From Lama guanicoe (taxonomy: Eukaryota): a stretch of DNA of 64,000 nt. The notes under the pieces were generated by a model. That model was not told the origin of the DNA, did no database searches, and saw nothing but the letters and a program-made list of their open reading frames with translations. The DNA is taken from the NCBI GenBank assembly GCA_013239625.1, contig MU053304.1:2170001-2234000 (forward strand), written 5' to 3'. Each line of letters starts with the position of its first letter. The stretch's first letter is position 1. Shown piece by piece: positions 28,031-41,147 of this stretch. The position numbers were made by a program, and so were the translations under genes.

Positions 28031-29790
28031 GAATATATACACTAATCTCTTAAATGCGGTTTGAATATAATGAATAAACAGCATAGAGAGGAAACAGCAT
28101 GGACAGAATGGAAGATGTCTCGGTTCCAGTTTCTTCCTGATAACCTATGAGCAAATCGACTGATCTCTGAGCTTTATTTCTTTTTTCAGACATGAAACAA
28201 GAGAATTGACCTAAATAATTATGATAACAATTACAATAAGAATAATAAATCCCAACATAATAAACGCAAGCACTTACTAAATACTATTGTACAAGACACC
28301 GAACTGAGTGTTTTAATGCATTGTTTAATTCAATTCCCACTCCAACCCTGTAAATTATAGTATTATTAATAGTATTTTATCATGAATACCATCTTACAGA
28401 TGGAAAAAAGGGCTTAGAGAAATCAGGGAACTGCTCATATGTGCTCTATAAAATGTATTTTTAACCCTAGTTTTCTATTATTCTGTTTCTAAGGTTGTTG
28501 TGAATTAGTTTCCTACTTGTTAGAGCTCAAGAATTTCTTTTTTATTGTACTGAAAGAAATTTCATAGTTTTAAAGTCAAGTCAGTTATGTAAGGAGATCG
28601 CAAGAGTCTAGTGCAATTTCTCCCCATACTGTTTGTATATTGGGACAATAGAAAGAACTAGAAACGTCAAAAAGTTCCTCTTCTGGTCTTTGGTCGTGTT
28701 GTAAGGAAGTCACACTAGAAGGTAGGGGTGTGCCTTACAAGTGGAAATCTACACTGGTCACAGCAGTTGCCACAGTCATAGTACATAGCGATGGATCTTG
28801 GCAGAGAGCATGAAAAAGGCTCTTCAATGAGAACTGGTGAGCTGTCTTGTGTATAAGGGACTATGTCTTCATCTTAATTATTAGCAAAATATCATTTACC
28901 CCTACATTTTAAATATTTTTTCTAGCTTTTGGTCTCCTATTTTCTTCTAGTAATTTTCTCTTTATTTTTATACTTGTTATAAAGAGTATGTGTTCACGCT
29001 CATTGAAAGAAGGAAGGAAGGAAAGAAGGAAGGAGATGAGTAACATCACTGGTCCCCGTTGGGTAACTGTAATTTGTTAGGCATTCTGCGAGGTGCCAGC
29101 ATTTGTGCTGTTAGCGTAGCGCACACATGCTATTTCAGGTTTAAATTTTAAAACATTCAACGTTTAAATTTTTGGAATTGATTGTGTTGTTCAAAGCCAC
29201 ATGGCTAGTGAAAAGATGGAACTGGATTTTGGATCCATCTCCTAAATCCCTGTTTCTGATACATAATATGTCTCACTATCTCTCCTCAGCCTACTCGTTA
29301 GTTGATGAGATTTATTTTACTTACGTTTGATTTACCAATTCTTACAAAAATCCTAATCCAATTTAGGAGTGCTGATTCACGTATCGCTTAACGTTTCCTG
29401 GTGCTCTGAACCTATTAATTTTGGTTAAAGTATTAAAAGTGTCTAAATATAAGCTCATGAATGAACTTGCTGAGTGGATTGAAAAAATACCTCTCAGCCT
29501 TTTAGGTCTTAGCTGCAGGGTGTGTATTAGCTGCTGGACTCCCATGTGTTCATGGTGAAGCCCTCTTTGGGGCACTGATGGCTGTATCTTTTCGTGTGAT
29601 TCAGTGAGAGTTGCTGGGCTCTGCACCACGCCCAGTGAGCCCTGGGGGAGGAACCTGGACACATTTCCTTCCATCCTCTTGAGAGAGGATCTTCACATCT
29701 TCAGAAGCTCGCACTTCTCAGAGCCCAGGGCCCGGTGTCTTGAGTTGCTGGCTACTTGCATTTGATACCTGTCAACAGTTTCCTCTAGCC

Positions 29791-29990
29791 CAGCTGTTCA
29801 GTAATGGGGGCAGGTTTTGCCCTCCTCCCAGGAGATATTTGGCAAAGTTTGAAGACAGCTGGGAGATGCAACAATCATCTAGTGGGTGGAGGTCAGAGAT
29901 GCTGCTAAACACCCAGCGTCTCCAGGACAGCCCCCATGGCAAAGAGCGATGTGGTCCACGTATCAGTAGTGCCGAGGTTGCGAAAGTGGA
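29791..29990. mobile_element. MER20 hAT-Charlie element
   Basis: ggggcaggttttgccctcctcccaggagatatttggcaaagtttgaagac...catctagtgggtggaggtcagagatgctgctaaacaccc...cagtagtgccgaggttgcgaaa. Confidence 0.88.
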
Positions 29991-29991
29991 G

Positions 29992-30211
29992 TAGGGTTTC
30001 CCCACTCTGTTTTTCATCATTGCCCCTCAGGAGCCTTTGTAGACATTTTCTTTGAATAACACCCTCCCCAGTGAATTTTAATATACTGTACTATGCAATG
30101 GTTTATATACTGTAGTTACATCTGAGCTTTATACATAAAATGTGTTATTTTTAGCCATCAAAACCAGTTTTTGCCCTCTTGGGGACAGTGTGGCTCCCGC
30201 TGAGAGTGCAT
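29992..30211. mobile_element. hAT-Charlie-like non-autonomous element (Charlie4-like)
   Basis: tcattgcccctcaggagcctttgtagacatttt...aaccagtttttgccctcttggggacagtgtggctcccgctgagagtgcatg. Confidence 0.55.
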
Positions 30212-31910
30212 GGCTCAGTGGACCACCTTGGGACGTGAAAGGCTTGTAAAGAACCCAGTTCACAATTCCTGAATCAGACAGGACAGAACAAAGCAAAACC
30301 AAAGACAAGCAAACCAAAAAGCCAGAAAGTCTTCGAATTGTTGGGAATGCTTGGAAGCAAAATGTCTGCTGAACGCGGTGTCATCAACAGTCAACTCTGA
30401 ATTGTAAATAGGTGGGCAAAACAGAGCCTTAGTTTCTCTTTCCGAGACCTCTCAGTGGGCAGAAAAGCCCTCAAGTTTTCCCTCCACACAAACAATCTAC
30501 AGCGAACTCCATGTTCATAGCCTCTCAGGATGTGCCCATCTCCCTGTAGTTGGGGGATGAGTGAGCATCTCTGTTGTCCTTCGTGCGTCCTAGCAGGACC
30601 CAGTGGCATTGTACGTGTCTGCCAGTGTGCCAGATGCTGAGAGTGCCCTGGGGCAGACAGACAGGGGCCCACTGCTCCTGCAGCCTGGGGTGGAGCGGTG
30701 CTCGTCCAACTCTTGTTATTTCATAGTACAGTTAACGGCATTTTGATACCTTATGCCACCTCCATAATTTTTACATAGCTATGCTAACTGAAGTGTATAC
30801 TCTCTGTCGTCATTAAACTGGCACATCTTATTAGGTGATCCATTTAGCTTAAAAGAAATATTTATGTCGTTGCCTTACATGGGAAACCAATGGCATTGCC
30901 GTAAACACACGGGGACAATAAAAATAAAGTGGGAAAAATCCATGAGCTGTTACGTTGCTTCCTGAAGTCTCTGAGCTTGGATCTGGTATCCTTTGGGCTA
31001 AAAAGGAAGATTGGTGTGGAAGAAAAAAGGTGTTCAAGATACACCCACACCGAACTGAGACTTTCTCCCTGACGTCGTTTGGAAGAGAACTGAAGTGGGT
31101 ACAACTTTCTCACGCGGTGACTGAATGCTGTGCAGTGCTGTATCCGTGTACTACCTAAAATCATCTCATCTCCTGTACCTCAGGGGTCTCACCTACATTT
31201 TGGACACAGTGGTCAGGCTAAGCCCAGTTAATTTTCTGTCTTTCCCTTTTCTGCCCCTTGACTGTCCTGCCCCGTGCAGTGTCATCAACAGCCAACTGGA
31301 ACCATTTGAGGTTTCTTATTTCCCGTTGTGTTCTAGTGCCTGTCCACACAGAGCAGCAGCTCCATCTTTCTCTGTCACTTGCAGGATGGAATGAAGATGT
31401 GTCCCCGTTGACTGTGCATGGCCCCAGGTAGTCCACAGGTCAAGTCTGTGTGAAGTAGGGTTGGGTCCAGCTTCCCGGGTGTGTACCTGGTGAGCAGAGC
31501 TGCCAGTGGATTTCTGCCTCCACCCGTCCTTGGCTAAAGGCTGTTCTTATGTTCTTAGGCAACCACACCTGGCTGCTCTGTCTAAAGGAAAAGGAGATGC
31601 TGGTTGCTAGCTATGGAGAAGACTTCTGCAGGTTCTCTTCAAGACTTAGGGGTGAGCAGAGAAGCTCAGTTTTGTCAGGTGTGCCTTTGATGCTGTTCTT
31701 TGATCTGAGGAGCACTTGAGGAACAGTTACCAGTCATTGTCATGGAGGGAAATTTAAAATAGAAGAAAAATAGACTTCACATAAATATTTAGATGCGTGC
31801 TTACTAAAGTCCGAGGAGATTTAAGGAGCAATTATTTCCTATGATCATCTTGTATTCAAGGATATACAAATGACTATTTCTTTAGCAGTAGAGTGATCTG
31901 AGCAGGGCTG

Positions 31911-31985
31911 CTTTCCTTCCTTCCTTCCCTTCTTTATTCCTTCCCCTCCTCTCTCCCCAACTCTTCCCTTCCTTCTCGTTTCTTT
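31911..31985 (+). repeat. (TTCC)n-rich polypyrimidine low-complexity tract
   Basis: ctttccttccttccttcccttctttattccttcccctcctctctcccc seen directly. Confidence 0.85.
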
Positions 31986-33596
31986 CAGGGGGGAAGTAAA
32001 TGCACCGCAAAGTCTCCAATCGTGAAAATGTTTTCCTCATGGGTCAGGAACTGGGAGATCATAGCCAACCACCAGGGAATGAATGGAGGACACTCATAGA
32101 ACGTCAAGTCAAGAAGGGTTTCGAGTCAAGTCTTAGCATCTCTGTTTGAAAGATGAAGAAACCTGGAGAGAACGAATGACTTACCTGAGGCACACTGCTT
32201 GGGGGTCGTGAGCACGTGTGTTTCGTGACATGTAACGTGTGCTGTGTCTGAGGTCACATCCACAGGTTCCAGACATTAGGACTTCACATCTCTTTTTGAG
32301 GGATGCAATTCAACCCATAGTAGGAACCAAGACCCTCAGCTGAGGATGAGGATGGGCAAGAGGAGAGATGGGGTCATATAAGAGAGTAGGAAAGTTGATG
32401 ATTGATGAATTGCAGAGAGTGTTTTGCAGGCTGAAGTGCCTGCTTGTGGTTTGTGGTCATGAACTGCGCATGAGACCAGCCTGCTTGGATGTGTGGACTT
32501 TTCCAGCTGTGTGCTCTGTGTGTGTGTAACTTTGGTTTGAGCACAAAATTGACATTCTATCAGTGTTGGGTTTCCAAGGGAGTTTGATGAAGTAGTCATT
32601 AAGGTGTATGAATGGGGATTATTATAACGTGTGACCTTGGATATTAAGCTGGGGAAGGAAGGCAGGGAGGACGTGAGATGTGGGTTTTGGGGAACAGGTG
32701 ACAGATGAGTGGGTTGAAGTCCCTGTCTCACTGAAGATGGTGGGAGTCACAGGGACTAATAAGAGATCATGGTTAGCGATTTGGTTGCTTAAAATGGAGT
32801 GCGGGCTAGTGGCCTTTAAATACCTAAGATCTGAACTACGTTTCCTAAAAATCACCTAACTCTTGTTCTAAGGAGTGTCTTCTACTACTTCTGACTATGG
32901 CATTCAGTCTCCTTGCCCTTGGCAAATTCAGCGGGTTATTAATTTTCATTACGCAAAAGCAATCTATTCATACAGGTGATGCTTGCTGTAATTCTTGCCT
33001 TCATCATGTAGATGAGAAGTATCTCTGGTAGTGTCTACCAAAAGAAGTCAGAGCATCATTTCTGAGCTGATCTATTACGGTTCAATGATCCAGGACTTCT
33101 AAATGTAAAATTAAGATGCTAAGGATACCGTAATTTATGAATTGGAATCCTTGGATTATCAGTGTGGAGGTGTCTTCCTCAGAAGAATATTTGGAGTAAG
33201 TTAATGTCAGTGGAAGTTCTTGGCTTCACTGTCATCTTTTGTTGTTTTATAATGTGGTAGCAGATCTGCCTTCCGCAGATATTTACTGAAGGGTAGATTT
33301 GATCTTGTTATCCCCTCCCACTGGATTCTCATTGATGTCTCGTGGACAGCAGTATTTAATATAGTCTTTCTTGACATGACCCGTATCTACTTTTTGCAGT
33401 ATCTTCTGCTGTTCACCTTTTTGGACCATATCTCTCAGCCAAACCAGACCACCTGCTAGTTCCCAGATACAAGATCTCCTTCCTTCCTCTGGGTTCTTTT
33501 TCATCCTGTCCTTGGATCTGTTAACATCCTATTATCTCATCTGATATTCAAGGCCCTGATCAGAGGATGCCTCTGAGGAGGCTTCCCTTTAGTGTT

Positions 33597-33765
33597 GTAA
33601 TTCTCAAACATTAGTGCCTATCAGGATCCCCTGGAGAAGTTGCTCGAAGGCAGATTACCCAGCTCCATCCCCAGAGTTGGTGGCACGAGAACCCGCAATT
33701 CCAGTGACTTTCCAAGTGATGTCAATTCCAAGTGAGTCTGGAATCTACACTTTGAGAACCACCCT
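33597..33765. mobile_element. MER5A-like MITE inserted in an L2 relic (about 33400-34000, +)
   Basis: ttctcaaacattagtgcctatcaggatcccctggagaagttgctc...agctccatccccagag...acactttgagaaccac. Confidence 0.75.
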
Positions 33766-35765
33766 GCTGAAGGTTTAAAGTCTTTTTCTTAGTTACATCG
33801 ACATTTTTCCCCCTAACGATTTGTTCTGTCACACTGCAAACATAATATTAGCACATAGTTATTGAGCAATAATTATTTATCCCATGTCTTCCCTCACACA
33901 GATTATGCGCGTTGGCTAGATCACTCATTTCCAATAAACCACAATATTTACAATACTTGAAATGATATTGAACATGATTTAATCTTGGATGAGTCAGCCG
34001 GCACCTCTGTTTTGTCCATTGCCTAAGGTGTATCATTGTAAATGTCAGTCATAATTCTGTGGTCCTCTGGGAGAAATTAGGTCACTTAAACTTTCTGCAA
34101 AAGCTGATAAAGCAGAAATTTAAAAGAGGAAGGAGACTTCAGATTTGGAGCGTGTATGCTCAGTGCATGTGGATGTAATTACGGCCTTTGTGGGCGCTAC
34201 AGGAGATTTCGCCAGACCCTTGGACCTCGCTCTTGTGTTTGGTGCAGATCTGGGCTTGTGCTCGGCTGGCAGGTGGGCGGGGCGTGTCCTGTGAGGGGCG
34301 CTCTTGAGGAGAAGAGGGACAGGGTGAGTCTGGGCAGATGGGGCTGCTTCTGAGCAAAGGTCCTTGTAGTCAAGAAGGGGTCAGCTTCTTTTGTAGCTTT
34401 GTGCTGCTCCGTTCAGGGCTAAGTCCAGCACAAACAAATGACTTCCACGCAGCTGCCTTTGCTTAAATCTGCTCAGCTCACTGTGTACTCCTACAGCCCG
34501 ATCAAATCTGGCATTCACTTTGTATTTAGCGACCTTTGCTTTTAGGAGAGTTAAAGAAAAAAAAAAAAAAGAAGCTGGACTCTTGCGTGATTGAGTTTTA
34601 CAATAATGTCACATTAAAGGGAAACTATCATTTTTAATAGATGAGTCATGAAGATGGTTCAGTTTTTTAAAAGGGATTCTGCCACCCGTGTATAAACGGT
34701 GTAAGGATGTCTTCCGCTTACAACTTCCTTTTGTCGTTTTCCCCCCCAACTTCTCTCTTTGGTGGTTCCTTGTCATCACTCCATTCGAACAGTTGGGCTT
34801 CATACTTTTGAATGAGACGCGTTTTCCTAATGGGGCATAAGATCAGCAGCGCAGGGAGCCCGGCCTTCTGCTAATGCCGTAGAAGGGGTGGACGTGAAGT
34901 TGTTCCATTTCTCAAGGCCAGGTGTAGTGCTATCAGTGTTAACTAAAGATTTTGCAACTTGCGGGAATATAGGCTTTTGAATTTGTGGACCTGGTTACCT
35001 AATAGAAGCTGCGCATAGTACAGGCTGCATTGGGAATAAGGGCTGAATCCAGGAGCCAAAAATCATGTGTCCCCAGACCAGAGTCCGCTGGGTGTGCGCC
35101 CTTAAGCAGAAGGGAACTCTGAGCCAAATGGAACCAATTAATATATGCTTGGGTGTGGACCTGGGTTGTTTACCAAGCCCATTCATTGGTGGAAGTCGAG
35201 TTTCTGAATCCTTCTTGTTTATAATTTAACTCGCTAATTGTCTTTAAGAAAAAAAGGTTGTGGGAACTTCGGACGGCACTGCAAAAATCCAGATTCTATG
35301 AACATGTTGAAGGCAACTTAAGAAATACAAACTTACATGTTAAATACATACCTGCTTTGAATTTGTAGCTTTCATAGCTATTATTTTTTGGAAGAGGTAC
35401 AGGGAGCTGTGTTGTAATTCAGGTGGAGGATGGAAGGCAGGGGGCATGGGGATACTAAAAGCCATCTTAAGCAATCACAGAATTCCCTGTTCCCCCTCAA
35501 AGTCCAGTTGGCATCAGCAGGGGATTTTATGGGAAAAACTGCACCCAACTTTCCCAAACTTACCTCTGGCTGCAAAAAATACAAAAGCCTAACTGAGTTT
35601 GTTTCCTGAGAGAGGAGATGAATGCAACGTGTGTCATTTGTATCTTGAGGTTGTGAGACTGTGATTATTCACGTTAGTGCTGTAGAAATATCTTGTCTGA
35701 TTAACTCTGAATCATAGTATTGAGTGGCGCATGTTTGGTCATTTTTTTGTGTGTATATGTATATA

Positions 35766-36500
35766 TTTATTGAAGTACAGGCAGTTTACAATGTTGTGTT
35801 AATTTCTGGTGTACAGCATAATGCTTCAGTCATACATGAACGTACATATATGCATTTTCATATTGCTTTCTACCATAAGTTATTGTAAGATATTGAATAT
35901 AGTTCCCTGTGCTATACAGTATAAACTTGTTGTTTATCTATTTTATATATATTAGTTAGTATCCGCAAATCTCTAACTCCCAATTTGTCCCTTCCCACCC
36001 TCTCTCCCCTCTGGTAGCCGTAAGTTTGTTTTCTATGTCAGTGGGTCTGTTTCTGGTTTATAAATAAGTTCATTTGTGTCATTTTTAAAGATTCCATATA
36101 TAAGTGATATCATACAGTATTTTTCTTTCTTTTTCTGGCCTACTTCACTTAGAATGAGAATCTTCAGGTCCATCCATGTTGCTGCAAATGGCATTATTTT
36201 ATTCTTTTCTATGGCTGAGTAGTATTCCATTGTATAAATATACCACAGCTTCTTTATCCAGTCATTTGTCGATGGACATTTAGCTTGTTTCCAAGTCTTG
36301 GCTATTGTAAATAGTGCTGCTATGAACTTTGGGGTGTATGAATCTTTTTGAATTAAGATTCCCTTTGGATATATGACAAGGAGTGGGATGGCTGGATCAT
36401 ATGACGAGTCTATTTTTAGTCTTCTGAGGAATCTCCATACTGTTTTCCATAACGGCTGCACCAAATTACATTCCTGCCAACAGAGTAGGAGGGTCCCCTT
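35766..36500 (-). mobile_element. Camelid-type L1, 5'-truncated, with ORF2 C-terminus and 3' UTR
   Basis: ORF 36033..36464 (VQPLWKTVWRFLRRLKI...YDPAIPLL...WKQAKCPSTNDWIKKLWYIYTMEYYSAI) is the L1 ORF2 C-terminal segment; the 3' UTR and tail lie to the left. Confidence 0.95.
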
Positions 36501-37134
36501 AGGTCAATATTTGATAGAAGGTGGCAAATGGAAGCAGTGGTAAGAAATGGCCTTCTTTATTTTAGATCAAAAGATAATTTAAGAGCAGCAGTCCTCAGAG
36601 AGGGATTAGTGTGGCATGAGGGAGAGACTCCTGACTTTCTCCTTTCTTTCCTCCCTCATCCTGTTGTCCTCCAGGATGAGAGTGGGAACAGTTTGCCCAC
36701 CATATATAGTTGAAAATATTTTCCACTTGATTCTGTCTTGTTCTGAACTACTCTTTTAGGGATGGCAGTTTATTTCCTTTATTATTTGAAAGTATTTGTC
36801 TTCCTGGTTTTTGGAAATACAATAATTTTGTTGTTCACAGAGACTTGCGATCGTTTCTATTGACAAGCTAATTGACTGGTAAACAAGAACAGCCTTACTT
36901 AAAATTAAAAGAAAATGTATATTTGACAAGCACAGTACAACCTGTAACCTGTACTAATGAGTCAGTCACTTCACCCTGTTTGCCCGTCTTCTTTACCCGG
37001 TGTTAGCTGGAGTCTCTCAGTCTGCAGCACAGTCAAAGGCAACGAACAAAGCCTGGTTAAGACTGTGGTGTGCGAACTTATGGTGCCTTTGCTGTGAAAT
37101 TTTGTAGCTTCGAATCGTGTTTACAAGCATCCTG

Positions 37135-37552
37135 CTCCGGTCCCATATCTCTGTATAACACACCATTGCCAAAATTAGCTGTGTGAAACGAGAACCGCCA
37201 AGTGTTTTGCTCACGTATCTGCAATTTGGACGGTTCTCTGCGGGGTCCGAAGAGGCAGCTCGCCTGAGGCTAAAGGATGCGCTTCGAGATGGCTTATTTA
37301 TGTGGCTGGCGGGTTGGTGCCTGTCGTCAGCTGGGAGCTGAGCTGGGTGGTGCTGTTTCCTCTCCACGTGTCTCTGTCCTCAGGGCTGTCTGAGCTTCCT
37401 CAGGGCATGCTGGCTGGATTCCAAGGCATGCTGTTGCAGGAGACAGCGGCTGGAAGCTAGCAGTCTCTTCAGGTTTGAACTGGAAGGGGCATGGATGCTT
37501 CCTCTCGAGGTGGAACGTGTCAAAGACTTTGCAGGCGTTTTTAATTTACCAC
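37135..37552 (-). mobile_element. MaLR solo LTR (MLT1H-like)
   Basis: ttttgctcacgtatctgcaatttgg...gatggcttatttatgtggctggc...cagctgggagctgagctgg...gtcaaagactttgcaggcgtttttaatttaccaca. Confidence 0.78.
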
Positions 37553-38129
37553 AGACCAGATTGGACTACTTACCTCTGCCTCTGTCAGCTGTTCACACTT
37601 TTATCTTTTGGCTCTTCTCAAGGATTTCCTTTCCTGTATTGTCCTCCCTTCCTTTTTAAAAATTTAATGCAGTTTTCAATGTGGGCAAAAATTGGCTCTT
37701 GTAAGGGGGAAAACCTTTGGATATTATAATGGGAGTATCTACCACAGAACATAAACGGATAGATAATATATTTGTGGTATTGAAATTATATGGGAGTGGG
37801 AGAGGCAATTAGAGAAACAAAAAAGTCCAAAAATTCTCCTTAGCGGAGGTGATAATGTAAAAACCTTTGAGTAATGCTGCTTTACTTTCAACCTAGATGT
37901 GTTATCCTTTCTTCCACAAAGCCTATCCTAGCGCAGTTCCAGCAGACTTAATTGTTCCCTTTTTCGTATACTTACAGACATTTCATTTGTATATCTCCCA
38001 TGCATTTAAGCTGGTTGTATGTAAACTTTTTCTCCCTTACCTGACTGTGAATTTCTTTAATGCATAGTATCTATATACCAATAGAATGTCTGTAATCATA
38101 TTTGATAAACTGAATACAGTGGACTAAGT

Positions 38130-38376
38130 GGCAGGGGAAGAGAGGTGGGAAGGGATAAAATGGGAGTTTGAGATTTGCAGATACTAACTACTATATATAA
38201 AATAAACAGCTTTCTGCTGTATAGTACAGGGAGCTATATTCAATACCTTGGAGTAACCTATGATGGAAAGAATATGAAAAGGAATATACGTATGTTCAGG
38301 TATGAATGAAACATTGTGCTGTACACCAGAAATTGACACGACATTGTAAATTGTCGATACGTCAATTAAAAAAAAA
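38130..38376 (+). mobile_element. Camelid-type L1 3' end (sense to PID1)
   Basis: gggaagggataaaatgggagtttgagatttgcagatac...gtgctgtacaccagaaattgacacgacattgtaaa...caattaaaaaaaaa; imperfect TSD tggact(a/t)ag at 38120-38128 and 38377-38385. Confidence 0.9.
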
Positions 38377-38399
38377 TGGACTTAGGGGAATTAGGTCTT

Positions 38400-38830
38400 A
38401 TAGTAGTTTGGGCTCTTCTGGAGATAGACCCTGAGATTTAAGTGCAAGCAGCCTTTTGGAAAGTTCAGGAAACATGGGTGGAGAGCAGGGAGGTGGACAG
38501 GGAAGGAGAGGAGGCCAGCTACCACATGTGAATGGAGCTCAGTACTGCGAGGAAATTCTCAGAAATGTAAAAAATCAAGCTGAAAAAGAAGTCCCCACAA
38601 CTCAGAGTTAAACCACTTGTGGGGATGAGGAGCTGGGGTATTTATACTCTAACTCTCCGTTACTCATTGACTGAGGACTCTCAGGGGTGTTCACCCAGGG
38701 CAGTTACTTCTGTGGCTTTGGGAAGATCCCCAGACAGAGAGAAGCAGGTACTGATGGTGTAAGTCACAGGGCATCCAGACATGGGAAGGTCTGAGGGCTG
38801 AGGGTGGGGCCCCAGTAGTGTCAGCTGTAG
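38400..38830 (-). mobile_element. ERVL LTR relic (LTR16-like)
   Basis: agaccctgagatttaagtgcaag...gaggagctggggtatttatactc...ggaaggtctgagggctgagggtggggccccagtagtgtcagctgta. Confidence 0.65.
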
Positions 38831-39468
38831 CTTTTCTTAAGCACTTTGTGACTAAAATAATGGGAAGAAAGATGCTGAATGCTTTTGTTTGAAATGGGAG
38901 GACTCTTACTTTCTCAGTGTCAATCTCCCTGGCTGAAGTTCAGCTCCATGAAGACAGGAAACGGGCCTTTCAGTTTCAACACTGTATACCCAGCAGAGAC
39001 CCTGAGTCAGCAAATGAGAGGATTACAGAAGAAATGGCGGAATAACCCAGCACCAGGGTTTTCGAGATGTGTTCTTTATTGTGTTCCAATTCAAGGGAGG
39101 TCAGAGCAGGTGAGACACAAGGTGGTAATGAAAGCTGACGCGTGTCAGGTGCTGTTTGCCTTCAAGAGCTCTTAGAAGGCAGACTAACTGCAGGGTAGAA
39201 TTGTTTCCGGTGGTGGCCGGAGCTGCGTATTAAGCCACTGGCTTTTCCATGACTGCAGCTTAGAGTCAGATTCCGATCCACTGAAATCAGACAAGCCCAG
39301 TCCAGGTCCTGCCCTCTTTCTTTGTTTAGTCGTGAGGCATTTCACGTTATCTTGGGTTCAGGCACAGTGAAAACAAGGAATGTTGACTGGTGGTGGCCAG
39401 TGAATGGTCTGTGCCCAGATGAGCTGGCAAGAAAGCATGGGAAGTCCCTATGCAGGGCCTTCGTTTTC

Positions 39469-39941
39469 TGTTATGGGCTGAATTGTGCCCTCTGCTCCCT
39501 CAAAAAAGAAATGTGGAAGTCATCCCCCATTGCCGCAGGATGGGACGGTGTTTAGATACAGGGCCTTTGCAGAGGTAATCAGGCCGATGTCATTGGGATG
39601 GGACCTGGTCCAATATGGTGTCCTTACAAAAAAGGGAAATGTGGCCTCAGAGACAGACATACACAGAGGGAACATGATGAGGACACCCAGAGAAAAGAAA
39701 ACCATGTGCATAGAGGCATCTACCGCCTGTAAGCCAAGGGGTGCCAAGGCTTGCTGGCAGACCCCAGAAGCTAGAAGAAGCAAGGAAGGATTCTCCCCTG
39801 CAGCTGCCAAGGAGACCGTGGCTCTGCTGACACCTTGATTTTGGGCGTCTAGACTCCAGAACTGACAGCCAATAAATGTCTGTTGTTTCAAATCGCCCAG
39901 TTTTTGGTACTTTGTCATGGCCGTCCTGGGAAAGTAATGTG
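39469..39941 (+). mobile_element. MaLR solo LTR (MLT1B/C-like)
   Basis: tgttatgggctgaattgtgccc...gggcctttgcagaggtaatcagg...ccagaagctagaagaagcaaggaaggattctcccc...aataaatgtctgttgtttc; probable 5-bp TSD ttttc (39464-39468) and ctttc (39942-39946). Confidence 0.9.
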
Positions 39942-40664
39942 CTTTCTGTTCTTGTCTTTTTTCCTTTCCTTTTCTTTCTTTCTTTCTTTTTTTTTTTTGG
40001 ATAAAGACTTTTCTAAATAATTGTCCTCTCCCTCCCTCTCTTCCTACTCTTTGCTTGTTTTCTTACTTATGCTTCAGTGATTTAGAGTGGACATTTGCTT
40101 GTGGGTTCCCTTGGGTAAGGAAGGAGGTTCCATTCATAAACCATTTGGGGGATGGCAGCAAAGCCCTTCTTCAGATGTCTGGACAAATCATGTTGTTTTC
40201 CTCTCCTCACTCAATCATTGGTTTGTTCATTAAACATTCACTGTTATTACTCAAAAGGGAGTCAATCTCTTCATTGAAGTGGTTTGCCATCTCTGCCAGG
40301 ATTGGGTGTAGATGAGCCTTTTCTGCTGTTGTAGCTCAGTGAGACCAGCCCAGGAGATGGCCTGTGTCTCCCACATGTTGCTCCCTTCAGAGGGAATTCC
40401 TGTGGTTTCAGTGGATCAAGTGTGGCCACCAGTCATGGTTCCCATGGCTGAGAGTTGACTGCATCCTACTAGTGATGCTGGGTGATTATCTGGTTATGGA
40501 CATGGACCAGAGCTCGTTGCCCAGGTGATTTGCAGCAGTCTAGCTGATGGTAGCGGGCATTGGCATGGAGTCCAGGAATGGAAGAGAGTGAAGTGAGATG
40601 AGAACAGGGTGACTCTGGTATGTGTGTAGTTTGATGGCATTGTTTTTAAAAATTCCAATAATGT

Positions 40665-40920
40665 TTCTCTTTACTCACTTAATCACTCATTTATTCAGTC
40701 AACATTCACTTAGTGACTACTCTGTGTCAGGTGCTTTGCAAGGGACTAGGGTTACAAAGAGGAGTCAACATTTAAACAGGACAGTCAGGTGTCCTAGGCG
40801 GTGTGACTGATTGTTGTATAAGGTACGGTTCAGGCATGAAGCAGGCAGAGAGGTTAGCTCTACCTGGGCTGGGAGATGAGGAGTTGCAGAAAAGCCTTTA
40901 TAGATCATAACTGAGGGGAG
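40665..40920 (-). mobile_element. L2 3' fragment
   Basis: cactcatttattcagtcaacattcacttagtgactactctgtgtcaggtgctttgcaagggactagggttacaaag. Confidence 0.72.
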
Positions 40921-41003
40921 GGTCAACAAAATCTTAGAGTTGCTCTTGTGGATTAATTTTTATTATTTGTTTTTTTTAACTCTCCGAAAGCTATCATGTA
41001 TAG

Positions 41004-41147
41004 GAGGGAGGGTATAGCTCAAGTGGTAGAGCACATGCTTAGCACACACGAGGTTGGGTTCAATCCCCAGTACCTCCTCTAAAAATAAGTAAATAAACCT
41101 AATTACCTCCCTCCCCCTGCCAAAAAAAACAAAAACAAAAACAAAAT
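41004..41147 (+). mobile_element. tRNA-derived camelid SINE (Vic-1-like), full length
   Basis: gagggagggtatagctcaagtggtagagcacatgcttagc...gggttcaatccccagtacctcc plus A-rich tail; perfect 17-bp TSD aaagctatcatgtatag at 40987-41003 and 41148-41164. Confidence 0.95.

Noticed and set aside
36033..36464. 143-aa ORF that looks like a real protein
   Set aside because: It is the C-terminal end of L1 ORF2 in a 5'-truncated retrotransposon, with no endonuclease or RT domain and no promoter; not a host gene.
41004..41075. tRNA-like sequence with A and B boxes (also at about 6820-6896 and 17800-17875)
   Set aside because: The 6752 and 41004 copies have SINE tails and TSDs, and all three are diverged from one another; these are tRNA-derived SINEs, not tRNA genes.
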